Origin: Thalassobaculaceae bacterium
GTDB lineage: Bacteria; Pseudomonadota; Alphaproteobacteria; Thalassobaculales; Thalassobaculaceae
Length of the DNA: 64,000 nt
NCBI GenBank assembly: GCA_965228875.1
Contig: OZ245843.1
Span: forward strand, 1,780,616 to 1,844,615
Direction: 5' to 3'
Numbering within the stretch: the first letter of the stretch is position 1; the number at the start of each line of letters is the position of its first letter. Below the pieces are notes generated by a model. That model saw nothing but the letters and a program-made list of their open reading frames with translations, ran no database searches and had not been told where the DNA came from. Of the stretch, positions 37,991-47,267 are shown in pieces. A program made the position numbers and the translations under genes.

Positions 37991-38878
37991 GTGGACGTCT
38001 ATGTCCTCTCGCAGATCGTCAACGGCCTGATCTTCGGGCTGATCTACGGCCTGATCGCGCTCGGGCTGACGATCATCTTCGGCATCATGCGCGTCGTGAA
38101 CTTCGCCCACGGCGAGTTCCTGATGCTCGGGGGGTACGCCCTCTACCTGTTCACCGTCACCTTCGGCCTGCCGCCGCTGGTCGGCCTGCCGCTGAGCATG
38201 GCCTGCGTCGCCGCCTTCGGGGTGGCGACCGAACGCGTGCTGCTGCGGCCGATCTATACCACGCGGATCGAACGGCCCGAGGAATACGCCATCATCCTCA
38301 CCTTCGGCCTGTCGCTGTTCCTGCAGAACGGCGCCCTGGCGACGGCCGGCGCCTACGAGTACACGCCGGAATCCTTCTGGCCCGGCTCGGTGCCCGTGAT
38401 CGGCGACCTCTGGCTGTCCGGCGACCGGCTGTTCGCCGCCGGCATGGCGGTGGTGCTGATCGTCGCCACCCTGCTCGTCATGTATCGAACCTGGCTCGGT
38501 CGGGCGCTGATGGCGACCGCGCAGAACAGGGTCGGCGCCACGGTGTCCGGCATCAACGCGATCGCCATGAACATGACCGCCGTCGCCCTCGCCGGCCTGC
38601 TTGCCGGCGCCGCCGGCGCGCTGCTGTCGCCGATTTTTCTGGTCTATCCCGATGTCGGCGTGGTGCCGGTCGTGAAGGCCTTCGTCATCCTGGTGCTCGG
38701 CGGCATGGGATCGATACCCGGCGCCGTGGCCGCCGCCCTGATCCTCGGCCTCGTGGAGAGCCTGGGGTCCGTCTACATCTCGCTCGCCTATCGCGACGTT
38801 TACTCGTTCCTGGTGCTGATCGCGGTTCTGCTGATCCGCCCCTATGGACTGTTCGGACAGAAGGAGCGGCGCGCGTGA
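37991..38878 (+). CDS. HAAT-type ABC permease (LivH-like)
   Basis: ALGLTIIFGIMRVVNFAHGE, VLGGMGSIPGA, IRPYGLFG. Confidence 0.93.
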   Translation: MDVYVLSQIVNGLIFGLIYGLIALGLTIIFGIMRVVNFAHGEFLMLGGYALYLFTVTFGLPPLVGLPLSMACVAAFGVATERVLLRPIYTTRIERPEEYAIILTFGLSLFLQNGALATAGAYEYTPESFWPGSVPVIGDLWLSGDRLFAAGMAVVLIVATLLVMYRTWLGRALMATAQNRVGATVSGINAIAMNMTAVALAGLLAGAAGALLSPIFLVYPDVGVVPVVKAFVILVLGGMGSIPGAVAAALILGLVESLGSVYISLAYRDVYSFLVLIAVLLIRPYGLFGQKERRA

Positions 38879-39837
38879 CGCGGTTCGAGAAACTGGCAGC
38901 GGTCGTCGCCCTGGCGCTCGCCCTCATCGTCCCCCTGGTCTTCGACAGCTACCTGATCCGGGTCGGCGCAACCGCGCTGTACTTCATCATCCTGGCGTCG
39001 TCGTGGAACCTTCTGCTGGGCTTCGCCGGCGTGCTGTCCTTCGCCCAGGCCGCCTTCGCGGCGGTCGGCGCCTACACGTCCGGACTGATGTGCCTGTATC
39101 TCGGCGTGCCGCCGATCCTGGGCGTGATCTGCGGCGGTCTGCTCGCCGCCGCCGTCGGCTGGGTGCTGGCCAGGATGTGCCTGCGCCTGCGCGGCCCCTA
39201 TCTCGCGCTGATGACCATCGGCTTCTCGGAGATCCTGCGCCTGGTCCTGCAGATCGAGCACGAGTTCACCCGCGGCTCCCTCGGGCTGGAGATGCCGTAT
39301 CTGTTCCCCATGGACGAACCCAACCACGCGCTCGGTTATCTGGTGATGCTCGCCCTGGCGATCGCCTGTCTGGCGGCGATCTACAAGTTCGTGAACTCGG
39401 AGGCCGGACTGTATCTCAAGGCGATCCGGGAGGACGAGGACATCGCCCAGGCCATGGGCATCGATACGGTGAAGTGGAAGACCAACGCCTTCGTGGTGTC
39501 GGCGCTGCTGGCCGGACTCGCCGGCGGCCTCTTCGCCCATCTCTTCGTCCAGGTGATCGCTCCGCAGATGCTGCTTCTGTCGGAAATGGGCCTCATCCTG
39601 GCGGCCACGATCGTCGGTGGCCTTGGCACGCTGGCGGGACCGGTGATCGGTGCGGTGCTGCTGGTGGTCGGCCAGGAGGTGCTGCGCGAGATCAGCCCGC
39701 ATGCCCACCTGCTGCTGTTCGCCGCCCTGGTGATCGTGGTGATGAAGTTCTTCCGCCGCGGCTTCTTCGGCCTGGTCCAGGATCGGCTGCGCGACCGCGG
39801 CCTCATCACCACGGTCCCGCCCTTCACCAAGCCATAG
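38875..39837 (+). CDS. HAAT-type ABC permease (LivM-like)
   Basis: WNLLLGFAGVLSFAQAAF, RLRGPYLAL, AIREDE, VGGLGTLAGP. Confidence 0.93.
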   Translation: MTRFEKLAAVVALALALIVPLVFDSYLIRVGATALYFIILASSWNLLLGFAGVLSFAQAAFAAVGAYTSGLMCLYLGVPPILGVICGGLLAAAVGWVLARMCLRLRGPYLALMTIGFSEILRLVLQIEHEFTRGSLGLEMPYLFPMDEPNHALGYLVMLALAIACLAAIYKFVNSEAGLYLKAIREDEDIAQAMGIDTVKWKTNAFVVSALLAGLAGGLFAHLFVQVIAPQMLLLSEMGLILAATIVGGLGTLAGPVIGAVLLVVGQEVLREISPHAHLLLFAALVIVVMKFFRRGFFGLVQDRLRDRGLITTVPPFTKP

Positions 39838-39958
39838 CGTCCCCGGGCGCAGGGATCCTCTCCCCGAACGTTTCGCCGAAACTCTCGCGTTCCTACACGA
39901 AATCTTAAACCCGACCGGCCAATCTCTCCAGGCGACGTGAGCCAGGAAACGAAGCCGC

Positions 39959-40504
39959 ATGCGAAACAACCTGAAATCACTTCTGAAGAGAGCCAGGTGG
40001 CGCCGACCGGCGAATTCGGCCCGGCCGGAAGCCCGCGACCGTGACACCACCTCTTTGTCCCGAAACTCCGACGAGTCCGTGGTCGAGCAGAGCCTCTCGT
40101 ACTGGGAGCGCATCCGCGGCGATCGTCCGGCCCCTCAACGGTCCGATTTCGACCCGGTCGACGTGCCGCACCTGCTCCCGCACGTCATCTTCTTCGAAGT
40201 GGTCGACGGCGGCGCCGATTTCCGGTTTCGCGTGATCGGCGACGTGCCACGGGCGAGCTTTTTCGAGAATTACACCGGACGGCTGATGAGCACCCTGCCC
40301 CACGTCACGCCCGACGGGCAGATGCTCCGCAATCTGCGGGACGCCGTGCGCGGTGGCAGACCCGTTCGGACTCCCGTGGACTATGTCGGCCCGAACGACG
40401 GCTTCATCAAGAACGACGAGGTGCTGCTGCCGTTCACAGATCCCGGCGGCCGCGTCACCCATATCCTGACGATCTTCGAGCTGGTCGACACCCGCAGGGC
40501 CTGA
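39959..40504 (+). CDS. Stand-alone PAS_5 (DUF1457-type) protein
   Basis: YWERIRGDRPAPQRSDFDPVDVPHLLPH...FRFRVIG...LLPF pattern. Confidence 0.8.
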   Translation: MRNNLKSLLKRARWRRPANSARPEARDRDTTSLSRNSDESVVEQSLSYWERIRGDRPAPQRSDFDPVDVPHLLPHVIFFEVVDGGADFRFRVIGDVPRASFFENYTGRLMSTLPHVTPDGQMLRNLRDAVRGGRPVRTPVDYVGPNDGFIKNDEVLLPFTDPGGRVTHILTIFELVDTRRA

Positions 40505-40605
40505 GACGTCGCACAGCGCATGCCGGCCCGCCGCTTCGCTTCGCCGACTTCCGATCCGCGGCTCCGGGCCTATACTCCCGCACCTCACGCTCCGGGAGCC
40601 CTGCT

Positions 40606-41343
40606 ATGTCCACCCCGACACCGACGTCCGGCACGACGCCGGCGGACCCGCTGACCATCGGCATAGTGGCCTGTTCGTCGGAAGGGGCCGCCCTGTGCTA
40701 CCGAACCATCTGCGCCCGGGCCCCGGCCCTGCTCGGCCCACATGCGCATCCCAAGATCGCACTTCATGGCGAGTCGCTGGCGGACTACGTCGCCGCGCTC
40801 GACGCCGGCGACCTCGACGGTGTCGGCACCCTCATGCTGCGATCGGCGGAGAGGCTTGCGGCCGCCGGCGCCGACTTCCTGATCTGTCCGGACAACACGA
40901 TCCACGCCGCCCTGCCGCTGATCCGGGAGCTCTCACCCCTGCCATGGCTGCATATCGCCGAGGAGGTGGCGGCGGCGGCCGAAGCCCGAGGGGTGCGCAG
41001 GGCCGCCCTACTGGGCACGCGGTGGCTGGTGGACAGCGCCGTCTATCCCGATGCGCTGGCAGCACGGGGCATCGACTTCATGCGTCCGGATCCGACCGAA
41101 CGGGACGAGGTTGCCCGCATCATCATGGACGAACTGGTGCGCGACATTCAGGTGCCGGAATCGATCGACCGTCTCCGCGACCTCATCGACCGGATGGGCG
41201 AACGGGGCTGCGACGCCGTCGTGCTCGGCTGCACCGAACTGCCGCTCGTTCTGTCGGATGCGAACAGCGGTCTTCCGACCCTGGACTCCACGCGGCTTCT
41301 GGCCGACGCCGCCCTGCGCCGGGCGACGGGAACGCCCCTCTAA
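40606..41343 (+). CDS. Aspartate/glutamate racemase family protein
   Basis: GADFLICPDNTIH, PWLHI, ALLGT, VVLGCTELP; two catalytic Cys. Confidence 0.9.
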   Translation: MSTPTPTSGTTPADPLTIGIVACSSEGAALCYRTICARAPALLGPHAHPKIALHGESLADYVAALDAGDLDGVGTLMLRSAERLAAAGADFLICPDNTIHAALPLIRELSPLPWLHIAEEVAAAAEARGVRRAALLGTRWLVDSAVYPDALAARGIDFMRPDPTERDEVARIIMDELVRDIQVPESIDRLRDLIDRMGERGCDAVVLGCTELPLVLSDANSGLPTLDSTRLLADAALRRATGTPL

Positions 41344-42272
41344 CCGCCCGCCGCCACGAGATCGTTGACCGCAGCGGGGATGGCCGTCCGCCCCTCGTAC
41401 TCCGCCCGCGTGTCCTGGAACAGCTTGACCAGGGCATCCATGACGACCCGGACACGCGGCAGCGAACGCATGTCGCGGTGGACCAGCATCCACTGGTCGA
41501 CGACGACGTCCTCCAGGATCGGCGTTATCCGGACCAGCGCCGGGTCGCTATCGCCGAGAAAGCAGGGCAGGACGCCGACGCCGTGGCCGTTGCGGATGGC
41601 CTGATACAGCACCACGCCATTGTTGGTCCGCACCTCCGGTGCCGTGCCGGCCAGCAGGTCGATCTGCCACTGCTGTCCGGGCATGTAGACGTGGTCGTCA
41701 TCAAAGCCGACCCAGGGCAACGCCCGAAGCGCCGCCGGACCGCCGTCGCTCGATGCCGCGAGGCTGCGCACCCCGTAGACGGCGTAGGCGAAGCGGCCGA
41801 GCTTGCGGCCGAACAGGCTGGCGCTGTCGGGCACCGTATTGCGGATCAGCAGATCGGCCTCCCGGCGCGAGAGATTGGCCGAGATATGGGCGACGGAAAT
41901 CTCGAACTCGATGCAGCGATGGTTCTCCCGCAGTCGCATGAGGTGACGGGACACGAACTCCGCCATGGTCTCGTCGACCGAGATCCGCACGGTGCCGAGA
42001 TGGTTGTCGACCAGGCCGGCGCTCCGTCGCGCGAGAGACTGGGCTGCCTGCTCCATGGCCCGCACCTCATCCAGCAGATGGGTTGCCGCGAGCGTCGGTA
42101 CGAAGCGGTCGGGCATGCGGTCGAACAGGCGCGTTCCCAGCTCGTCTTCCAGCGCCTTGACCCGCCGGGCGATCGTCGGATGGCTGACCTTCAGCCGGCG
42201 TGCCGCCGCCGTCAGACTCCCCTCCTCGGCGAGCGCCAGAAACACGCGCAGATTGTCCCAGTCTCCGATCAT
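41340..42272 (-). CDS. LysR family transcriptional regulator
   Basis: WDNLRVFLALAEEGSLTAAARRLKVSHPTIARRV HTH; NLSRREADL; GVGVLPCFLGD. Confidence 0.95.
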   Translation of the reverse strand: MIGDWDNLRVFLALAEEGSLTAAARRLKVSHPTIARRVKALEDELGTRLFDRMPDRFVPTLAATHLLDEVRAMEQAAQSLARRSAGLVDNHLGTVRISVDETMAEFVSRHLMRLRENHRCIEFEISVAHISANLSRREADLLIRNTVPDSASLFGRKLGRFAYAVYGVRSLAASSDGGPAALRALPWVGFDDDHVYMPGQQWQIDLLAGTAPEVRTNNGVVLYQAIRNGHGVGVLPCFLGDSDPALVRITPILEDVVVDQWMLVHRDMRSLPRVRVVMDALVKLFQDTRAEYEGRTAIPAAVNDLVAAGG

Positions 42273-42450
42273 CGCGTCCTCCGGTGACGGCGCATGCCGC
42301 CCAGCGTGTCATGTTCATTGGATATTGAACGTTCACACCGCACTGCATCAATGTACATAACCGTTCAGATGCTCTTCGCAATCGTTCATGCGACTTAGAG
42401 GCATTAAAGTTTAGGCTGATCTAGATCCTGATCGTTCGAGGACTGACATC

Positions 42451-45400
42451 ATGCATTTCGAGACGCGTCTCTGGGCCTTCACCGAAGGCGTGCGCTGGCG
42501 TATCGCCTTCGCCGTTCTGGTCGGTCTCATCGCAGTCGGTCTGGGCGTCGCCCGGCTGGCGCTGCTCGGATGGCTGATCGGCCGGGTCTTCGCCGGTGAC
42601 ACGATCCAGGAACTGGTCTGGCCGATCGTCGCCATCGCCGGGGTGATGGTCCTGCGCGGCGCCTTCGAGCACTGGCGCAACACCGTCGCGCACCGGACCG
42701 CCTCGATCGTCCAGAAGAGGCTGCGGCGCAAGCTGTTCGACAAACTGGCCGAACTCGGCCCCGCCTATGTCGGGCGCGAGCGCTCCGGCGGCATCACCCT
42801 GACCCTCGTCGACGGCGTCGAGCAGCTCGAAACCTATTTCGGGCAGTACATGCCTCAGGGCCTGGTCTCGCTTCTGACACCGGTGCTGATCTTCGCCTTC
42901 ACCGCCTTCCTCGACTTGCCGGTGGCCGCCGTGCTGCTGGTCTTCGCGCTGATCGCGCTGGTGGCGCCGGCGCTCTGGCACAGCCATGACGAGCGCAATT
43001 CGCTGAGTCGGCAGAAGGCCTATGCCGCTTTCGCCGCCGAGTTCCTGGACTCCATCCAGGGACTTCCGACCCTCAAGGCGTTCGGCCAGAGCACCCAGAG
43101 GGCGGAAACCCTGGCGATCAGGGCCCGCGAGCTGTTCCGGCGGACCATGTGGGTCCTGGCGACCAACGTCCTGTCCCGCGGCATCACCGACAGCGCCATC
43201 GCCTGCGGCGCGGCACTCGCCCTGGCGGTCGGCGCATGGCGGGTCGAGGCCGGGCTGATGGACCTGCCGGAACTGCTGATCATCCTGATGCTGGGCGTGG
43301 AGATCTTCCGTCCCATGCGCGAACTGCGCAACGTGCTCCACCAGGGCATGGTCGGGATGTCGGCGGCCAAGGGCGTGTATCACCTGCTCGACGGCGAGCC
43401 GACGGTGGTCGACGCACCGCACAACCCGCGCGCCGACGCGCTCTCGCCGACCGTGGCGTTCGAGGGCGTCGGCTTCCGCTATCCGGGTGCCCGCCGGGTC
43501 GTGCATGACGGGCTCGACTTCACCGTCGCCGCCGGCGAGCGCATCGGCCTGGTCGGCCCCAGCGGTTGCGGCAAGTCTTCGGTCGTCCGCCTGCTGCTCC
43601 GGTTCTTCGATCCCGAGCAGGGCCGCGTCACGATCGGCGGCGTGGACCTTCGGGAAATGTCGTTCGAGCAGATCCGCTCGCGCATCAGCGTCGTCAACCA
43701 GGACACCTTCCTGTTCCACGGCACAATCGGCGACAACATCCGCATGGGCGCGCCGGACGCCACGGAGGCCGACGTGATCGCCGCCGCCGAGGCGGCCAAC
43801 ATCCACGGCTTCATAACCGGCCTGCCCAATGGATACGACACCGTGGTCGGCGAGAAGGGCATCAAGCTGTCCGGCGGCCAGCGTCAGCGCGTGGCCATCG
43901 CCCGTGCCCTGCTGCGCGACACGCCGATCCTGGTGCTCGACGAGGCGCTCAGCGCCGTCGACGCCGAGAACGAGGCGGTGATCCAGGACGCACTCAACCG
44001 GCTGATGAAGGGCCGCACGACCCTGGTTCTCGCCCACCGGCTGTCCAGCGTGATCGACTGCGACCGCATTCTCGTGCTCGACAAGGGCAAGGTCGTCGAG
44101 GAAGGGCGACACGACGCGCTGATGAACCTTGGCGGAGTCTATGCCGACCTGATGGCCGAGCAGGCCCGGGAGTCGCAGGTCGGCGAGGCCGACGCGACGA
44201 TCGGTCCGAGAGCGGCCGCGGAGTCGCTCGCCTCGGTTCCCGGTGGCGCCAAGCAGGCTCCGACCGAGGGCATCATCAGGGCCGAGGGCCTCAGCTGGTT
44301 CCAGGTGGTGAAGATCCTGATGGGAACCATCCTGCCCTGGTGGGGCAAGCTGTCGCTGACCTTCACCTTCGGGGTGCTTCGGGTTCTGGCGTTCATCGGC
44401 GTTGGCGTGTTCAGCGCGCTGACCGTCCTGGCACTGAAGAACGGCGAGCCGTTCGATCACTGGCTGATCGGGCTCGCGGTGGTCGCTCCACTGTCCGGCG
44501 TGCTGCACTGGCTGGAATCCTGGCTCGCCCACGACATGGCGTTCCGTCTGCTGGCTGAAATGCGGATCGATACGTTCCGCAAGCTGGATGCCCTCGCCCC
44601 CGCCTATCTCGTGCGGCGGCGGACCGGCGACCTGATGTCCCTCGCGACCCACGACATTGAGTTGATCGAGTACTTCTTCGCTCACACCGTCGCCCCGGCC
44701 TTCGTCGCCGTGCTGGTGCCGGCCGCGGTGCTGGCGATCCTGGCCGGCGAGAGCGTGTGGGTCGCGGTAGCCCTGGCGCCGTTCCTGGTCGCGGTCGCGC
44801 TTGCGCCATTCCTGATGCGGGGCAAGGTCGACCAGCTCGGTTCCGAAGCCCGGGAGGCTGCGGGCGAACTCGGCGCGGTCGCCGTCGACTCCGTCCAGGG
44901 TCTGGGCGAGATCGTCGCCTTCCAGCAGGAGGATCGTCGGGGCCGGCTCATCGAGAGCCTGACGCAACGCCACATCGACCTGCGCCTGCCGTTCTTCAAG
45001 GAACTGACCCTTCAGCAGAGCCTGCTTGAGGTGTTCACCGGTCTCGGCGGCCTCGCGGTGGTGGTGACCGGCGCGGCCCTGGCATCGGCGGGCGCGATCG
45101 ACCCCGGCGTCCTGCCGCTGCTGACCCTGCTGGCCATGGCGGCGTTCCTGCCCGTATCCGAGATCGCGCAGATCGGCCGTCAGCTCGCCGACACGCTGGG
45201 CGCGACCCGGCGCTACTACGGTCTCGCCCACGAGCCGGTGCCGGTGACCGACGGGCCGGGCATCCCCGCGTCCGAGGGACCGGCCTCGATGGCGCTGGAG
45301 GGCGTGTCCTTCGCCTATCCGGGGCAGCACCGGTATGCGCTGAACGACATCACACTCGAGATTCCCGCCGGCGCGACAGTGGCCCTGGTCGGAACGTCCG

Positions 45401-46026
45401 GGGCCGGCAAGACGACCACGGCACAGCTTCTCATGCGCTTCTGGGATCCCGACACCGGCCGGGTCACCATGAACGGAACCGACCTCAAGGAGTACCGGTT
45501 GGACGACCTTCGCGGCCGCATCGCCCTGGTCGCCCAGGACACCTACCTATTCAACGACACCCTGCGCGCCAACGTCATGGTCGCCAGGCCCGAAGCCACC
45601 GACGACGACCTCCTGGCGGCCATCCGTCATGCCTCGCTGGAGGATCTCGTGGCGACGCTGCCGGACGGGCTCGACACCCAGGTCGGCGAACGCGGAACGT
45701 CTCTCTCGGGCGGGCAGCGCCAGCGCGTCGCCATCGCCCGCGCGTTCCTCAAGGACGCGCCCATCCTCGTGCTGGACGAGGCGACGTCTCACCTGGACGC
45801 GGTGAACGAACAGGCGGTGCGCGGCGCCCTGGACAAGCTGAAGGCCGATCGCACCACGGTGGTCATCGCCCACCGGCTGTCGACCATCCGTGACGCCGAC
45901 AAGATCGTCGTTCTGGAGGAGGGTCGGCTGATCGAGGAAGGCGGGCATGACGCCCTGCTCGCCAAGGGGGGGCTCTATGCCCAGCTGGTCTCCCGCCAGC
46001 TCGCATCCGCCTGGGCGGCGCAGTAG
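42451..46026 (+). CDS. Fused full-length type IV ABC transporter (TMD-NBD-TMD-NBD; CydDC/IrtAB-like halves)
   Basis: NBD1 GPSGCGKS/LSGGQRQR/LDEALS/AHRLS; NBD2 GTSGAGKT/LSGGQRQR/LDEATS/AHRLS; two TMD blocks in one 1191-aa ORF. Confidence 0.93.
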   Translation: MHFETRLWAFTEGVRWRIAFAVLVGLIAVGLGVARLALLGWLIGRVFAGDTIQELVWPIVAIAGVMVLRGAFEHWRNTVAHRTASIVQKRLRRKLFDKLAELGPAYVGRERSGGITLTLVDGVEQLETYFGQYMPQGLVSLLTPVLIFAFTAFLDLPVAAVLLVFALIALVAPALWHSHDERNSLSRQKAYAAFAAEFLDSIQGLPTLKAFGQSTQRAETLAIRARELFRRTMWVLATNVLSRGITDSAIACGAALALAVGAWRVEAGLMDLPELLIILMLGVEIFRPMRELRNVLHQGMVGMSAAKGVYHLLDGEPTVVDAPHNPRADALSPTVAFEGVGFRYPGARRVVHDGLDFTVAAGERIGLVGPSGCGKSSVVRLLLRFFDPEQGRVTIGGVDLREMSFEQIRSRISVVNQDTFLFHGTIGDNIRMGAPDATEADVIAAAEAANIHGFITGLPNGYDTVVGEKGIKLSGGQRQRVAIARALLRDTPILVLDEALSAVDAENEAVIQDALNRLMKGRTTLVLAHRLSSVIDCDRILVLDKGKVVEEGRHDALMNLGGVYADLMAEQARESQVGEADATIGPRAAAESLASVPGGAKQAPTEGIIRAEGLSWFQVVKILMGTILPWWGKLSLTFTFGVLRVLAFIGVGVFSALTVLALKNGEPFDHWLIGLAVVAPLSGVLHWLESWLAHDMAFRLLAEMRIDTFRKLDALAPAYLVRRRTGDLMSLATHDIELIEYFFAHTVAPAFVAVLVPAAVLAILAGESVWVAVALAPFLVAVALAPFLMRGKVDQLGSEAREAAGELGAVAVDSVQGLGEIVAFQQEDRRGRLIESLTQRHIDLRLPFFKELTLQQSLLEVFTGLGGLAVVVTGAALASAGAIDPGVLPLLTLLAMAAFLPVSEIAQIGRQLADTLGATRRYYGLAHEPVPVTDGPGIPASEGPASMALEGVSFAYPGQHRYALNDITLEIPAGATVALVGTSGAGKTTTAQLLMRFWDPDTGRVTMNGTDLKEYRLDDLRGRIALVAQDTYLFNDTLRANVMVARPEATDDDLLAAIRHASLEDLVATLPDGLDTQVGERGTSLSGGQRQRVAIARAFLKDAPILVLDEATSHLDAVNEQAVRGALDKLKADRTTVVIAHRLSTIRDADKIVVLEEGRLIEEGGHDALLAKGGLYAQLVSRQLASAWAAQ

Positions 46027-46040
46027 CCGGCGGGGAATCA

Positions 46041-46066
46041 AACCCCGCGGCCGAAGCCGCGGGGTT
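46041..46066. terminator. Hairpin terminator between convergent units
   Basis: AACCCCGCGGC-CGAA-GCCGCGGGGTT, perfect 11-bp stem. Confidence 0.75.
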
Positions 46067-46157
46067 GCCCGACGGAACCGGATGGCGCTGCGGAGAGCTG
46101 TGAGAACTCCGGCTCCGCCAAGCTTGGTCCGTCAGGGATCCTTACTGGTCGGTCGAC

Positions 46158-46301
46158 CTATTCGAACCGGGCAATCCGGTACACGGCTCGCTCCGGGTCG
46201 GCCGCCTCGACGCTCGACGCGGGGCCGACGGCCACGGCGACCTGGGAAAGGCCAGCCATAAGAGCGGCGCTCAAGATCGTCGTCACCAGCTTGGTCTTCA
46301 T
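46158..46301 (-). CDS. Unannotated 47-aa secreted small protein
   Basis: MKTKLVTTILSAALMAGLSQVAVAVGPASSVEAADPERAVYRIARFE; AAGGAGAG RBS; Sec-type signal peptide; below the ORF-track size cut-off. Confidence 0.7.
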   Translation of the reverse strand: MKTKLVTTILSAALMAGLSQVAVAVGPASSVEAADPERAVYRIARFE

Positions 46302-46455
46302 GTCACTCTCCTTGGATCGCGATACTGTCTAGCGGTGTCCTGGGGGAGCTGCCCACCGGCGCCGACCCTGATGGCGCCGGTGGGGCCCCACTGTGGAGGC
46401 GCAGGGAGGGAGATGGGGAAGCCCCTGCGGCCTCCGGGAGATGGTTTTCGGCGTA

Positions 46456-46950
46456 TCAGGCCGCGACCGCGACCTCGTCCAGCCGGGTCTTGAGGGTTTC
46501 GCGGCCCCGCGACAGGCGGGACATCACGGTGCCGACCGGCACTCCGAGGCGGTCGGCCGCCGCGCGGTAGGACATGCCGTCGATGGCCACGAGACGGACG
46601 ACGTCGTGCTGCTGATCGGGCAGGTCGGCGACGGCGCCCTCGAGCTCGCGCACCCGGTGGCGCTGATACTGGTTCGGCTGAACGCCCAGGTCGGACTGAA
46701 CATCGTCGAGGTCGACCGTCGGTCCCTGACGCTTGCGGCGGGCGTAGTCGTCGGCCACCACGTTGCGCACGATCCGGTTGAGGTAACCGCGCCAGTTCTC
46801 GACGGTGCGGCCGTCGCGGACGTAGACCATGGCCCGCAGCAGAGCTTCCTGGACGATGTCATCGGCGTCCGGACGGTTGCCGACCATGCGGCGCGCGGTG
46901 CGCTGAACGCTGGAGTAATGTTCCTTAACCTGGGTCTCGGTGATGGTCAT
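46456..46950 (-). CDS. ECF sigma factor
   Basis: DADDIVQEALLRA, YLNRIVRN (region 2); DGMSYRAAADRLGVPVGTVMSRLSRGR (region 4); TGGGAG RBS. Confidence 0.93.
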   Translation of the reverse strand: MTITETQVKEHYSSVQRTARRMVGNRPDADDIVQEALLRAMVYVRDGRTVENWRGYLNRIVRNVVADDYARRKRQGPTVDLDDVQSDLGVQPNQYQRHRVRELEGAVADLPDQQHDVVRLVAIDGMSYRAAADRLGVPVGTVMSRLSRGRETLKTRLDEVAVAA

Positions 46951-47018
46951 CGTTCAACTCCCAATGCTTCCTCAAGATCCGGCCTGCGCCGTTCATGAGA
47001 TAGAGATGGCAGGTGGGC

Positions 47019-47078
47019 TGTGACCTTGCTGGGCCAGGGCTGTGACAAGTATGCGCAGGGTTGTGATCTGGCTGTGAC
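47019..47078 (-). promoter_or_regulatory. Helically phased TGTGAC direct repeats (OmpR/PhoB-type binding array) upstream of the ECF sigma
   Basis: TGTGAC 47019, TGGGCC 47030, TGTGAC 47041, TGCGCA 47052, TGTGAT 47062, TGTGAC 47073; 10-11 bp period. Confidence 0.6.
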
Positions 47079-47108
47079 CGATACGCCAAGACGGTGGCGA
47101 AAAAGGTA

Positions 47109-47132
47109 CAGGGCCCGCCGAAGCGGGCCCTG
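47109..47132 (-). terminator. Intrinsic terminator after the sensor kinase
   Basis: CAGGGCCCGC-CGAA-GCGGGCCCTG stem followed on the minus strand by TACCTTTTT. Confidence 0.75.
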
Positions 47133-47267
47133 ACCGGTCCTAGACGCCTTGCCGCTTGTCCAGAGTCACGGGCCCGAAGCTGCTGTCCCCGAAGCTGCTG
47201 TCACGGTGCGGGGTGCGGGGTGCATGACTGACACGTGCCAGGCGGCTGCGCCGTTAGCGCGAGTCCG

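Noticed and set aside
42421..45330. 969-aa minus-strand ORF, and similar long antisense ORFs (32115..34382, 23947..25956, 29986..32124, 14856..16640)
   Set aside because: Shadow frames opposite clearly identified genes; expected in GC-rich DNA.
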